Positions 39,101 through 55,900 are shown, numbered from the stretch's first letter. The stretch is DNA of 64,000 nucleotides from Eledone cirrhosa (GCA_964016885.1 OZ024741.1:338086001-338150000); one strand, 5' to 3'. Translations and numbers: made by a program. Notes: generated by a model from the sequence alone, not told the origin.

Positions 39101-39941
39101 TGTTGTTGTTGTATCTGGGTATGTTGCTATTGTTGTTTGTGTCTGTGTGTCTGTTGTTGTTGGGATGTGTGTTGTATATGTGTGTGCGTATATTGTTGCT
39201 TTTGTTGTTGATGCTCCAGCGTAGTTATGTAAATGATTTTTCTATTTCTGACAGACGACTAATCATATTTACCCTCTTGAATGTCGCAAATTTGGGTGGC
39301 AGACGTAATACAGACATTTCATTATTATCTATTTCCGTGTTTCCATAAATGTTGGTATTTTCGTTGTTGAACTCTTCAGATAATGAGGTGTCGGCCATGT
39401 TGATACCGTCAATTTTGTCGGGATATCTATTGGTATACTCTATAGTATCCCGATTTAGCTTTGCCTGTTTAAGCCACTTTAATTTTCTGTTAAAGTGGTT
39501 ATCACATTCTTGAGTAATGTACTGTTCTTCGGGGCGTATAAGGCTTATAAATGTTAGTTTTTCTGCTGGTGTGGTGATTTTAGATATTTCTTGTATTAGG
39601 TTACGCTTTAGTTTTTCTTGATGACTTAATTCTCTATAGATCTTCTTTTTTATGTTTAGAATTAAAGTTCGTTTTAGCCTATCTGCTTGTTTTTTGGTGA
39701 GTTGTAATCTTCTAACGTCGGTATTGATGGTGTTGGTGTAGATTCTAGAAGTGGTGCACAGTTTTATGAAGTGTAGTTGTCGAGATGTTATGGTTTTTCG
39801 TAGACAACAGAACATGGTGGTTTTCAGTATCTTGTTAGCCTGGCTAAGGCTTACGATATTTCGTTTCTGAATTTGTTTAGCAAGATTCTTTATCTGAAAT
39901 CGTGTGTTGAAACCGATATTGTTATACTTTGGGAGGGCCAT
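36122..39941 (-). pseudogene. PLE C copy 1 RT-EN ORF with in-frame TAA (39225-39227) and a +1 frameshift (about 37450)
   Basis: Three ORF pieces match copy 2; G5 versus G4 run. Confidence 0.9.
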
Positions 39942-40087
39942 GTTGCCAATAAGAAACACACGCACCAGTTGCTTTCACTTCAATTTATTATATATTTATA
40001 AATTTATAAATTTATAAATTTACAAATCTACAAACTTATAAATTTCTGGTTGGTTGGTTCCACAACCAGATAGTTGTTTATATATAT

Positions 40088-40132
40088 AGCCATAGTCCTT
40101 TCGTCACACACTCTGTGACCTCTTCAGTGACT
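40088..40132 (-). ncRNA. Minimal HHR of the PLE C pLTR
   Basis: Same motif; stem I 3' strand TGGCT keeps pairing through a U.G wobble. Confidence 0.8.
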
Positions 40133-40869
40133 GGGGATTCCTTTCTTCTCTTCGTTTCTGTGCCTTTTCTTTCTTCTATCCTACGCCATTTTGTTTCTGT
40201 GTGTGTGTTGTGTGCTCAGTTTGCGCATGTGCCACATCCGGGTGTCTGTGTGTGTTTGTGTTCATTTTTCTATTTGTTTATTTATTTATTTATTTATTGT
40301 TGGTTGGTTGTTTGTTCTATGTGTGTGTGTGTTTTCATTTTCTCCTGTGTGTGTTTTCATTTTGTGTGTGTTTTCAATTGTAAGTTGTTTGTTCTATGTG
40401 TGTGTGTTTTCATTTTGTCCTTAATTGTAAGTTGTGATGTTGCTGTTCCACTCGTATTTTCTATTTAATTTTGGTTTTAATTCTTTTATGCTTACTGCCT
40501 CTGTAATTTGCCTAAACATTGCGTCTTTTCTGTGCGTGGATTCTATTTTTATTTCTATGCTCTCTAATCTACCCCTGTGTTCTATCTTAGCATGTTGGTA
40601 GAGCACAGATGATTCTTTATTATCTTGGAGGTCTCGCCAGTGTTCATTTATTCGTTCCCCTATACTACGAGCTGTCTCACCTATGTACACTATATTTTTG
40701 TTTCTACATTGTCCTTCAGTACATCTTATGCTATACACTACATTTCTAGTTTTACAGTTAATATGGGGGCTTATTTTACAGGTTATACATTTCTTATCTA
40801 TACATGAGGGTCTTTGGAACGGGTATGTCTTGCTAATAAGTGTTTTTACGGAGGTACAAAGCAATCCCC

Positions 40870-40914
40870 AGTCACTGAAGAGGTCACAGAGTGTGTGACG
40901 AAAGGACTATGACT
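40870..40914 (+). ncRNA. Minimal HHR of the PLE C pLTR
   Basis: Same motif, just inside the inversion junction. Confidence 0.8.
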
Positions 40915-41064
40915 ATATATATAAACAACTATCTGGTTGTGGAACCAACCAACCAACCAGAAATTTATAAGTTTGTAGATTTGTAAATTTATAAATTTAT
41001 AAATTTATAAATATATAATAAATTGAAGTGAAAGCAACTGGTGCGTGTGTTTCTTATTGGCAAC

Positions 41065-44000
41065 ATGACCCTCCCAAAGTATAACAATATCGGTTTCAAC
41101 ACACGATTTCAGATAAAGAATCTTGCTAAACAAATTCAGAAACGAAATATCGTAAGCCTTAGCCAGGCTAACAAGATACTGAAAACCACCATGTTCTGTT
41201 GTCTACGAAAAACCATAACATCTCGACAACTACACTTCATAAAACTGTGCACCACTTCTAGAATCTACACCAACACCATCAATACCGACGTTAGAAGATT
41301 ACAACTCACCAAAAAACAAGTAGATAGGCTAAAACGAACTTTAATTCTAAACATAAAAAAGAAGATCTATAGAGAATTAAGTCATCAAGAAAAACTAAAG
41401 CGTAACCTAATATAAGAAATATCTAAAATCACCACACCAGCAGAAAAACTAACATTTATAAGCCTTATACGCCCCGAAGAACAGTACATTACTCAAGAAT
41501 GTGATAACCACTTTAACAGAAAATTAAAGTGGCTTAAACAGGCAAAGCTAAATCGGGATACTATAGAGTATACCAATAGATATCCCGACAAAATTGACGG
41601 TATCAACATGGCCGACACCTCATTATCTGAAGAGTTCAACAACGAAAATACCAACATTTATGGAAACACGGAAATAGATAATAATGAAATGTCTGTATTA
41701 CGTCTGCCACCCAAATTTGCGACATTCAAGAGGGTAAATATGATTAGTCGTCTGTCAGAAATAGAAAAATCATTTACATAACTACGCTGGAGCATCAAAA
41801 ACAAAAGCAACAATATACGCACACACATATACAACACACATCCCAACAACAACAGACACACAGACACAAACAACAATAACAACAACAACAACAATAGCAA
41901 CATACCCAGATACAACAACAACAGACACGCAGACACAAACAATAATAACAACACACACAGCAACGATAACACACACGGAGACAACAATAACAACAACACA
42001 CACATCAACAACAATAGCAACATACCCAGATACAACAACAACAGACACGCAGACACAAACAACAATAACAACACACACAACAACGATAACACACACACAC
42101 ACGGAGACAACAACAAAACACATCAACAACAACACACATCAACAACAACAACACACACGCATTCAATGCCTCTCACCACCACCACAATCTTAACAAACAC
42201 ACAGACACAGAAAACAAGTAATGCCAGTAGCACAGAAATCAGAGAAATAAGAGAAAGTAATAGGATTAAAAAGAATAGGAGATGGGAGACTAAGGACAAA
42301 GAGAATAACCAAGACGAACACACAGACACACAAAATGAGCCAGTGGAAAGAGACAGGAGTAATTATGAGAGACATAGAAACAACCATGAAGCTGAGGCTG
42401 CTGGTGGAAATAGAAATAGAAATAACACAACTAACAATAATAATAGCACTAGTACACATAAAGCAGCAGCCTGGAACTCTCCGTTTTATAACCCCTCCGA
42501 TAAATCATTCGACCTACGACGAGTCCACGCCACGACTTTGCCATTTAACAAACGCACGCAGTTGCCGTCGCAGGTCGATGAACAAACAGAAGCACAATTT
42601 AGTATAGCTAAATCCGAACTTAGAAATATTATAGAACAGTATAGCAAGAAGCATAATAGAATAGAGGCCCAGCAACTGGGAGAAGAATCTGCAAATGGCT
42701 TGCGTAAGCTCATGCAGCGCTCGCGTAATGGAGAGATAGCATGTTTTCCAACAGACAAGTCTGGCAGAATGTCGGTTGACAGCCTGCCAAACTACATCCA
42801 GGCAATGCAACCCCACATCACTAACACAAGAGAGGTAACACCACAGGAGCATGAGGATAGAGAAAAAGCCCTCAATGCCCATATGGTGATGTGGACGAAT
42901 ATAATGCAGCCCAACAAAAGGACTGCCAACAACTTCCAGGCCTGGAACAATGACGTGCCGGCATTGTATGGGCTTCGAAAAGACCATAAAACGGGCTGGG
43001 ACCCTGTCACGGGACCACCAACACGACCGGTCTGTGGGGCTAACATTGCTAGTAACTACAGACTGTCCTACTTCCTCTCCCTGATCATACGCCCCATCAT
43101 TGAGATGTCCCCAGATGTGTGTGACAGCACGGAGGACCTCCTCAGCAGAATCGGCGCGGGTAACCGATCTGGGGACCTAACAAACTGCATAATAGGCAGT
43201 ATGGATGTTGTGTCCCTGTATCCATCTATTGACGTGGATTTTGCTGTGGAGAAATGCGTAGAAATGATCAGCGAGAGCAAGGTTGAGTTCCGTGGGATTG
43301 ATACCAGTGAGCTGGGACTTCTACTTAAGCTTACCCATAGTAATAGTTACCTAGACACTTATGACCTTAGCAACCTGTGCCCTACAAGACCAGCAAGAGG
43401 CAGACCACCTACCATTACCTCAATGGCCAAGAAAACCCACACAGATAGATGGAACGGGTGGACCAGAGCCATACGGACACCCGAAAACCACGATGAACTG
43501 AAGAAAATGATTGCAGATGCGGTAGGGGCCAGCATAAAATTAACCCTTAAGGAACATATGTTCAAATTTAATGGTAAAACATATGCCCAAGAGGAAGGAG
43601 CAGCCATTGGTGTTAGCATTGCAGGCGACATAGCTAACTTATTCATGGTATGGTGGGACAGTAGATTTAAACAAAAACTTAATGAACAATTAGAAGACAG
43701 CTTAACCCTGATAATGTACTCCCGCTACGTAGATGATATAAACATCGTAGTTAAGACACCCCCACTAAAGAACAGTCAGGAACTAGAGAAAAACACAATG
43801 GAAAGCATCCAGCAAATAGCAAACTCCATCCACCAGAGCATTAGAGTTACTATAGACTACCCAAGTAGACACCCCAACCATCGATTACCTGTACTAGACA
43901 CAGAGCTCTGGTTAGATACCATTAACAACCAAAAACAAATCCTCCATTCCCATTATGCCAAACCCATGACTTCCAAACATCTGATCCACCGAAACTCGGC

Positions 44001-44856
44001 CATTTCGGACCATACCAAAATCAACATACTGATTGCGGATTTGGTACGGGTGATGAGAAATGTGTCCCGCATGTGCAACCCCGAAGAACTAGAGAGACAC
44101 ATACAACACTTCATCCACCGTATGCAGTTCTCTGGCTACAATCAGAGAGATAGAATCAGAGTGTATAAAGGAGCCAGAACCAAATGGGAAAAAATGGTAA
44201 ATAATGACATAAATGGGACCTGCCCCTTGAATAGGAGCAAATTTTGGAATAGAATAGAAAGAACTAGGAACAAGGCCAATAGAATAAACTCAGGGTATGA
44301 TAGCAATAAATACCAGAGTGTAATGTTCATCAATACAACCCCTAGAGGCGAACTAGCCTACAAATTTAGAAGGGCCCTAAATAAACATAATCTCAATATT
44401 AAGATAGTAGAAAGACCTGGTACCTCCGTAAAAACACTTATTAGCAAGACATACCCGTTCCAAAGACCCTCATGTATAGATAAGAAATGTATAACCTGTA
44501 AAATAAGCCCCCATATTAACTGTAAAACTAGAAATGTAGTGTATAGCATAAGATGTACTGAAGGACAATGTAGAAACAAAAATATAGTGTACATAGGTGA
44601 GACAGCTCGTAGTATAGGGGAACGAATAAATGAACACTGGCGAGACCTCCAAGATAATAAAGAATCATCTGTGCTCTACCAACATGCTAAGATAGAACAT
44701 AGGGGTAGATTAGAGAGCATAGAAATAAAAATAGAATCCACGCACAGAAAAGACGCAATGTTTAGGCAAATTACAGAGGCAGTAAGCATAAAAGAATTAA
44801 AACCAAAATTAAATAGAAAATACGAGTGGAACAGTAACATCACAACTTACAATTAA
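41065..44856 (+). CDS. PLE C copy 2: one 1263-codon frame with TAAs at 41413 and 41779; the 896-aa RT + GIY-YIG part (42166-44856) is open
   Basis: TDKSG; LYGLRKDHK..TRPVCGA; SMDVVSLYPSI; QEEGAAIG; RYVDD; LPVLD; C..C..C; NVVYSIRC..YIGETARS..R..EH..EA..LN. Confidence 0.9.
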
Positions 44857-45146
44857 GGACAAAATGAAAACACACACACACATAGAACAAACAACTTACA
44901 ATTGAAAACACACACAAAATGAAAACACACACAGGAGAAAATGAAAACACACACACACATAGAACAAACAACCAACCAACAATAAATAAATAAATAAATA
45001 AACAAATAGAAAAATGAACACAAACACACACAGACACCCGGATGTGGCACATGCGCAAACTGAGCACACAACACACACACAGAAACAAAATGGCGTAGGA
45101 TAGAAGAAAGAAAAGGCACAGAAACGAAGAGAAGAAAGGAATCCCC

Positions 45147-45191
45147 AGTCACTGAAGAGGTCACAGAGTGTGTGACGAAAGGACTATGACT
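45147..45191 (+). ncRNA. Minimal HHR of the PLE C 3' pLTR
   Basis: Same motif. Confidence 0.8.
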
Positions 45192-45682
45192 ATATATATA
45201 AACAACTATCTGGTTGTGGAACCAACCAACCAACCAGAAATTTATAAGTTTGTAGATTTGTAAATTTATAAATTTATAAATTTATAAATATATAATAAAT
45301 TGAAGTGAAAGCAACTGGTGCGTGTGTTTCTTATTGGCAACATGACCCTCCCAAAGTATAACAATATCGGTTTCAACACACGATTTCAGATAAAGAATCT
45401 TGCTAAACAAATTCAGAAACGAAATATATATATATATATATATATATAACAAAGTGGTTACTTTCAGATGGAAATAAACATAATACCAAGAAATGAAGAA
45501 ATGTGTTGCAATTATACACACACGCACACATATACACACATATATATAATAATGTGTATATATGTATGTGTGTGTGTCTGTGTGTGCGTGTGAGTATGTG
45601 TGTGTGTATGTGTGTATGCGTGTGTGTGTATGTGTCTGTATGTGTGTGTATATATTGAATATATGTGTGTATATATATATAC

Positions 45683-45723
<41 letters not shown>

Positions 45724-45740
45724 GTAATAATAATAATAAT

Positions 45741-46028
45741 AATTGTTTCTACTTTTGGCACAAGGCCAGTATAACAGGACACAGGGTTGTATGTACAATG
45801 TTTATTTAACAAGGTTTATTTAACAAGATTTATTGATACTAATTTTATAATTGTTTCTACTTTTCTGGCACAATGCCAACAATTACCCAATAATTACTGG
45901 TATTTTATTTTATCGATCCCGTAAGGATGAAAGGCAAAGTTAACCTCGGTAGGATTTGAACTCAGATCATAAAGGGCCGTAACTCTAAGCTGCAAAGCAT
46001 GGCATCCGACCCTCTACCGATATTGCCA
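45741..46028 (-). mobile_element. SINE with a duplicated tail
   Basis: Same family core and B box. Confidence 0.8.
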
Positions 46029-46278
46029 AAGAAGAAAAACATCCCGGGCATGATAGCCAACCTGATGGCAATTTCTAGCAGGTTGGAAATCAACGATAAG
46101 GGATTCTCTCTGAGCGTTCGATGTCAATGATGATCATATTTCCGATTCGAACGCTGATTTACACACGCACACACACACACACATTTATATATAATTATAT
46201 ATATCTATATATAATTATTTATATCTACATCTATTTATAATATAATAGATTGGGACTTCCATCATCCTTTCGAGAGAC

Positions 46279-46640
46279 ATGGACCAACCAGGTCTACGCA
46301 GTGACACACGCTTTACAGTCAGGCGAATGATGAACCAACTCGTAGAGTTCACTATTCTTGGAAGCAATCATCAAGAAGAAAATGCATTTATTCCCAAGAT
46401 TCCTCTCGTCCCTTTGTCTACCGAGCTGTCATTTAAATCCCCAATACTTCAATTCCCTGTTAAAGCCAGTTTTTCTATAACCATAAATAAAGCTCAAGCT
46501 TAGAGTTTCAAAGTTGTAGAATTGAATACAAGACAATCACCTTTTACTCATAAACTGTTATATGTAGGTTGTTCACGAGTGGGAACACCTAGAAATCTTC
46601 ATTTACTATGCACGAACAGTAAAACGAAGAACCTGGTGGC
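46279..46640 (+). pseudogene. Helitron PIF1-like helicase C-terminal fragment
   Basis: AFIPKIPL..QFPVKASFSITINKAQA*S..FTH..LYVGCSRV..TKNLV. Confidence 0.85.
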
Positions 46641-48099
46641 ATCTGGAAGATTGTTTCTTTTGTTTGTTTGTTTGTTTTTTGTTACTCACAGACACCACGG
46701 TGTGACGAAAGAGCTTTGACGAAAAAATAAAGATAAAGTAAAAGTTATATGGTGCGTATGTTCAATTGGCAAAATGACCATCCCCAAATATAACAATATA
46801 TTTATTTATTTATTTATGCACACAGACACACATATATACATATATTCATACACATGCCCGCCTACACAGAAACAAACACGCCTCTAGCGATACACATTGT
46901 ACGCTCACACGGTTACGTCCACGAAATTCACAGCTACACGATGGAATCCTCATGCTTTGCATCATCATCAACATCATCATCATCATCATCATCAATCGTC
47001 GTCATCGTCATTGTCATCATCTTCATTATCATCGTCATTTAGTAACGTCTCTTCTCATTGCTTACACGGGTTAGAATATTTAAAAAACCCACAACACCTC
47101 TACCAACTGCCTCAACTCCAGGACTGACTTCCTCCATTTCTGTCCCCAAGCAGTGAAATATACACACTAGATAACCCTCAACCATCACTAGGTCTCCAGG
47201 CTACATGGGGAATCCCACATTCACCAGATTATCCCCCAACCATCACAACATCCCCAAACTACACGGGCAGCGGCTACTCCAAACCACCTTCAATTTCCTG
47301 TTTTTACTGGCTGAATCACCGACAGCACCTACAGTGAATGTATATCGTTATTCCTGATTTAATAAAACTGCAACCGTCACACACAATCGATTATGACTTG
47401 GTAGTACTACTTGGTGTCCATGCAGCCCCGAGTAAACACAGAAACCCTTTCAGCAATCCATCCTCCTTTGATCCAGTAGAAGGATGTAACAGCTGGAAGA
47501 AGAGAGGGATGCACCGGCACTGGGCTGCTACTTTCTTTATTGGCCCCCAAAACGATGATAGGCAAAGTAGATCAGCGCGATTTGGACTCGGAACTGAGAG
47601 ATACGGTACAAATACCTAACGCTCTAATGACTCGGCCAAACTAACCGCCTTACGCTGATTTAATACTTTCTAGCTATATATAGCATTACATTTACACTGA
47701 TCTAATTTAAATATCACTATTGGACGAGTACCTTCAATAATGATGACAATAGCATTGAGTGCATTTAATTCTTGGAGTCCAGGATTGGTATGTCATATAT
47801 ACCAGGATTACCTGGTATAGGAACAATCAAACTGGAAAATTTGTGTTTTGATAAATTAATGTTTAACATAAGAGAAACCCTATAGTTTATCTTGATTGAT
47901 GACATATGGAAGTGATTAAAGATAAAAATTATAATTACATAAATATTCATCATATATCTATAAATGACATACAGGATTAAATGCATGAGTAACTTCGGAG
48001 AAATAACTATTTACAGCGATAAATGTATGGTTAGAACCCAGGACTTTGTAATTTGGAAGAGAACTTATTATTGTAACAATATGACTGGTACAGGAACCC

Positions 48100-49610
48100 A
48101 CATCTCCGACACCAACCACGCCCTTCGCCTGTTTGACTCCTTCACCTTCCCACATAGCCCACACACCCTCCTCTTCACCATAGGCATTAAGTGACTTTAC
48201 ACCGTCACCCCCCACGCCGACGGCCTACGCGCCTTCCGGCACTACTTCGACCTTCGCCCCGTCCCCCGTCCCTCTCTACCCCACCGTCCTTCGCCTCGCC
48301 GAGCTGGTCCTCACCCTTAACTGCTTCTCCTTCTCGGGTGAGTTTTACCAGCAGGTCACTGGGGTAGCCATGGGCACAAGAATGGGGCCCAAAACTTTGC
48401 CCAATTCAACGACCCCACGCCTGAATTGTATGATCGGTACATCGACGACTGCATCGGATCCACGACCCTCACCCGAGAACAACTCGACTCTTTTCTCTCC
48501 TTCTTCTGCTCCTTCCACCCCTCCCTCCACATCACCATCTCTATCTCCACTTCACCATCTCTATTTCCACCACCCACGTCTACTTCTTGAACATATCCAC
48601 CTCCACCTCCCCCATCTTCCCATCCCCACCCTCGCCTCCTTCAAACGCGCGCGCAACCTCCGCAACCTCCTCGTCCGCAGCTCCCTACCCCCAACCCCCG
48701 TTCCCCCACCCCGGTTCCCTTCCCTGCTCCAGACCTCACTGCCACACCTGCCCCCGCATCACCAACATCAACTTCTTCCAGGGTCCCAACGGCCACCGGC
48801 CACTCTCTCTCTGTCCGGCATGCTTTCCGCTGCACCTCCTCCAGCCTCGTCTACAGACTTCGCTGGACGTAGTGCAGCGCAACCTATGTCGGACAAATCG
48901 GACGTCACCTGGCGGATCGGTTCACGGAGCACCTCCGAGATATTCGTCTCGGCGGGAGTTCCCCCATAGCTCACCACTTTGGTTCCCCTGGACACACCGC
49001 CCACCATCTTCACCCTACAGACCCACACACCCCTGGCCTGAACTCCCCACCCCACTTTCTTTAGCCTTCAACCGCCCCCTCCCCTACACACACACCCTAC
49101 TAACACCACTAAAACACTCCCAAGATTCACCATCCTTTCCACTTCTAGCCATCCCCCCACTCCCTTGGCCCACCCCACAACTAATAATACTAACACGCCC
49201 ACCCCCTCCCCCTATTACACGCGCACTAACACCCTCAACACGCACACACCCACCAGTACATATATACACTCACTCACACTATTCACACACCCTACTACCA
49301 CCACTAACTCCCACTCACACATCCACATCCGACCACCCCACCACTGATAATACTAAACATCCCCCAACCCATCTTCCCTCTCACCACACACACACGAACA
49401 CACCCCAGCACACATACACTCACCCACACCCACGTACACCCCCCCCTTAATTCTTTCCACCACTCCCCCTCACACCCACGAAACTCTTTTCCTTCGCACT
49501 TTTCTCCTGATGAAGGGCTTATGCAAGAAATGCCCCCCCCCACTCTCAAGCGTGAACCTAATACTAACACTCTGTACTGTACTCTTCGTTATTATTTTTG
49601 TTTTCTGTTT
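48100..49610 (+). mobile_element. Neptune-like PLE, internally deleted and degenerate, with an HHR relic at about 49501-49535
   Basis: DTNHAL..LAELVLTLNCFSF.GEFYQQVTGVAMGTRMGP; RYIDD; FKRARNLRNLLVRS; CSRP.C.TC; YVGQ.GR.LADRF.EH; CTGATGAAGGGCTTATGCAAGAAA. Confidence 0.85.
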
Positions 49611-49782
49611 TAACTTTTATATATGTATTGAGAGAGTGAAAGAGAAAGAGAATTGAGGTCTTCGCTCCAACATGGCTGCATGCATATAAGTATGTGTATT
49701 TTGTATATCTAATGAAATACGTCAGTGCTCCCCTTAACCTGCTTTCTGCCGGAATTCAATATAGGCGAAAACATAGTGCAAA

Positions 49783-52467
<2,685 letters not shown>

Positions 52468-52599
52468 TATATAAATAAAAACGATGACGTTTCGTTTACA
52501 TATATTTAGATTTTTCTTCTCTATCGACCTGTTACACACGTATATATATACATGTGTATGTGTGTATGTGTGTATGTATGTATGTATGTCCGTATGTAA

Positions 52600-52840
52600 C
52601 TCAGTACAACCTGTGCATAGTCGGGTCGTAGGCGACTAAGCGGGCAACCCCACCAAGCTTGCTTGGTGAGAAGAGTGAATTTAGACACCCTGCGGGATGA
52701 AAGACAAAACCCGTCAAAGGGCGGAAGAACTCAGGAGAGTCAACGGCCATCCAATAAAGTTTTTATGGAGCGAGAGACTCCTATTCTTCGTTAAGACATC
52801 TTTCTTGGAGAAGGTCACTCTGATGTAAAACCTGAATTCT
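52600..52840 (+). repeat. Dispersed repeat, second copy at 54050-54240
   Basis: TGTGCAT.GTCG..GGCGACTAA..CCCTGCG.GATGAAA.ACAA.ACCCGTCAAAGG.CGGA..ACTCAGGAGAGTCAAC.GCCATCCAATAAAG. Confidence 0.75.
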
Positions 52841-53254
52841 ACTCACGTTGTCCCCTCCGTTTCGAAACATCTATTACGTAATTTTAAAACGCCAGGCTGA
52901 CTATCAGATGTAACATCTCTAGAATAATCTATTGTATTCTGAGCTTTCGCAGTCGCCTCCCTCGTCGATCTAACGTGAGTTGTCTCTCCTTTGCGAAGAA
53001 CCTCTTCTGCGCATGTGTACTAGTATAATCGTTTACCTTTTCCGTATGTTCTCATTTAAACCGAGCTAATGATCCGTCTAAGCTGAAACAAATTGTTCTC
53101 GGAAATAGGGAATTAACTGTTGTAGAACTACTTTTACCAAACTCGTCTCATGGACTGAGTACTCTACTACCACCGATATAACCTACCAGTGCTCTGCCTA
53201 TATATATATATACATGTTATGTAATTCACTTTCTAATTCTAATATATATGTGTA

Positions 53255-53707
53255 TATATAGAGTATTGAAGTTTGCTTGAAGCATTGTGGAATAATAAAT
53301 AAATATCTTTAAGTCGTTTGGAAGCCTCGACAATGCAAATGGGTAAATCTCCGGGTAACAAGATCCGGTGGTGGAGAGAGAGATGTAAGTGGGTGTACGT
53401 TGAGATGCGTGGTGTGTAAAGATGTGTAAGTGTGTATAAGAAAGAAGGGAAGAGTATAAAGGATAAAATTAAAAGGGAGAGATTTAATAGTTTGGGACTA
53501 TTAAATCTCTCCCAAGGTAACTCTCTCTTGTGTTGTTATTTTTATTTTATCCTTTATACTCTTCCCTTCTTTCTTCTACACACTTACACATCTTTACACA
53601 CCACGCATCTCAACGTACACCCACTTACATCTCTCTCTCCACCACCGGATCTTGTTACCCGGAGATTTACCCATTTGCATTGTCGAGGCTTCCAAACGAC
53701 TTAAAGA

Positions 53708-53713
<6 letters not shown>
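53255..53713. mobile_element. Foldback made of the 52104-52365 pLTR tail
   Basis: 53260-53490 is an inverted copy and 53494-53713 a direct copy; flanked by (TA)n. Confidence 0.85.
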
Positions 53714-53766
<53 letters not shown>

Positions 53767-54493
53767 CAAGGAAAGTGTGGTAAGAAACCAGGTGGACCAG
53801 AGTACTCGATACTTAGAGTAGTAGAGTGGGTAATAGGAAAAGAATCAGGACCCCGAGAGCTATATATATATATATATACATATATACATAGGTGGATGAC
53901 CGTTATATATCGGGAGGTGACCACGGTTAAAAAAGAAAAAAAGGTACTCAATACGTTAGTAATGTATAAGCATATTTATAATTATAGAAATGACTTCTTA
54001 CGAATGTAACAATTTTAGTCCTGTAGAAGTCACTTCTATGATAAAATATGTGTATACCCATACTGTGCATGGTCGACTCGTCGGCGACTAAACCGGCTAC
54101 CCCACTAAGTTTACTTGGTGAGGAGGTTGATTTTGGATACCCTGCGTGATGAAAAACAAGACCCGTCAAAGGCCGGAGTTACTCAGGAGAGTCAACCGCC
54201 ATCCAATAAAGAGAAGGAGTCTGATGTAAAACCTACGACTTCGTTTGCATCCAATAATGTAGACCAGTTCTACTTTTTGGGTAAATGCATTCGGTGTTCA
54301 AAGAGTGGGATTGGGCCCGTGCAAAGCCTTTCCTCACTTAAAAAGCTTCAAGTACAGACATCGCTTAATATGTGATATTTTTGCGATGCATGACATTGCT
54401 GGCCATAAGCAATTCCCTAGCAGGATTAAAAGCCACATCCGTGATGCTCATACTTGGATATCGAAATCGAGTTGCAGCTATCATCATCATTAT

Positions 54494-54543
<50 letters not shown>

Positions 54544-54602
54544 ATGTGTTCCTACGTGTAAAAAATACATATAGGGATACAAGTATTATCCAAGCGAGAA
54601 GA

Positions 54603-54684
54603 GCCTTCTGACGAGATTCCCCTTCTCAATGGAAATTCACTTGGATTATGTTTATTTTGGGATTCGAAACAGCGCGGTAAAGGC
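54603..54684 (+). ncRNA. Type I HHR with a large loop 2
   Basis: GCCTT-CTGACGA-GATTCCC..GGGATTC-GAAA-CAGCGCGG-TA-AAGGC. Confidence 0.75.
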
Positions 54685-54756
54685 ACATATAGTAAGTACA
54701 GCGAACCTTTTAAAATTTATTTTAAAACTTTTTCTCTATTTGCTAGACCTTGATTT

Positions 54757-54873
<117 letters not shown>

Positions 54874-55317
54874 AGTTGATACTACAACCATATAAAGCAA
54901 AAAACATTTTGAAGCTCAATGTGATTTTATGGTCAACAACAAGATATGTAAAAAAACAGTTCAGAGTTTAATCCAATTATCAAATTCCAATCACAATAGC
55001 TTTACAACCTCACAGACCATATATGTGTGTGTGTGTGTGTAATCACCAACCGTGATTTACATCTTATATATCACTATTCTTACATCTCTATCTTGAAATA
55101 TTACTAAATACCCTCATCTTAAGGCGGCAAATCGCCAGGGCTACTAGAACGGTATTTGTTCCGGCTCTGCTTGTTTTGAGTTTCAATTCCGCCTGCTTAA
55201 ACTTTGCCTTTCATCCTTCCAAGGTTGATATATAAAGTACTAAACCAGAACTGGAATGGATTCTTCCTATATAAATACATATAAACTTCTTTGAGAAAAA
55301 ATCAGGCTTATTCAAGT

Positions 55318-55410
<93 letters not shown>

Positions 55411-55841
55411 ACACAACAGGAGGAAAAAATATAACACCACTGACGATGTTGCAGATGTGCAACGAAAGATTTATGTAAATTATGTAAACTATATATATGT
55501 GTTTGTGTCTATATTGTATCTGTATTATTTTTGACCGTCGGTCAGTCAATGGCAACATTGAGGACCGAGTAAGTTAGATTACCGATATAAAAGTAAGCGA
55601 GAAGCGAAAACCAACCAAACAGTGAGTGTGTTCTGTTATTAATTCTGGCAATATTACACAAATATGACCCTCCCCAAGTATAACAATATATATATATATA
55701 CATATAAGCAATGAGTTATTTAATTTGTTGATTATTCAACAAATTTAGTTTATAACAGATTAGAAGCACTCGACAGTATTCTTCTGGTGTATAATATCAA
55801 TAATATTAATAAATGGAAACTATCCTTATAAAACCATATTT

Positions 55842-55900
55842 ATTTTATTATATATATTTCAAGGGTACCAAAATTTTGGTACGCTCTCATCAGATAAAAT
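55842..55900 (-). ncRNA. Minimal HHR (C.C group), PLE D 3' pLTR
   Basis: ATTTTAT-CTGATGA-GAG C GTACCAA aatt TTGGTAC C CTT-GAAA-TATATA-TA-ATAAAAT. Confidence 0.85.

Larger units (their letters stand above)
35613..45427. mobile_element. PLE 'C': 9.8-kb head-to-head array (minus unit plus partial tandem unit; plus unit)
   Basis: Minus arm 35613-40857, 5-nt filler AAAGC, plus arm 40863-45427; four pLTR/HHR copies; (TA)n at both ends. Confidence 0.95.

Noticed and set aside
38372-43646. Hydrophobic V/C/L-rich ORFs overlapping PLE C
   Set aside because: Antisense or alternative frames of the AAC/ACA-rich linker
48370-49450. Pro/His/Thr-rich ORFs
   Set aside because: Wrong frames and C-rich 3' region of the degenerate Neptune-like element
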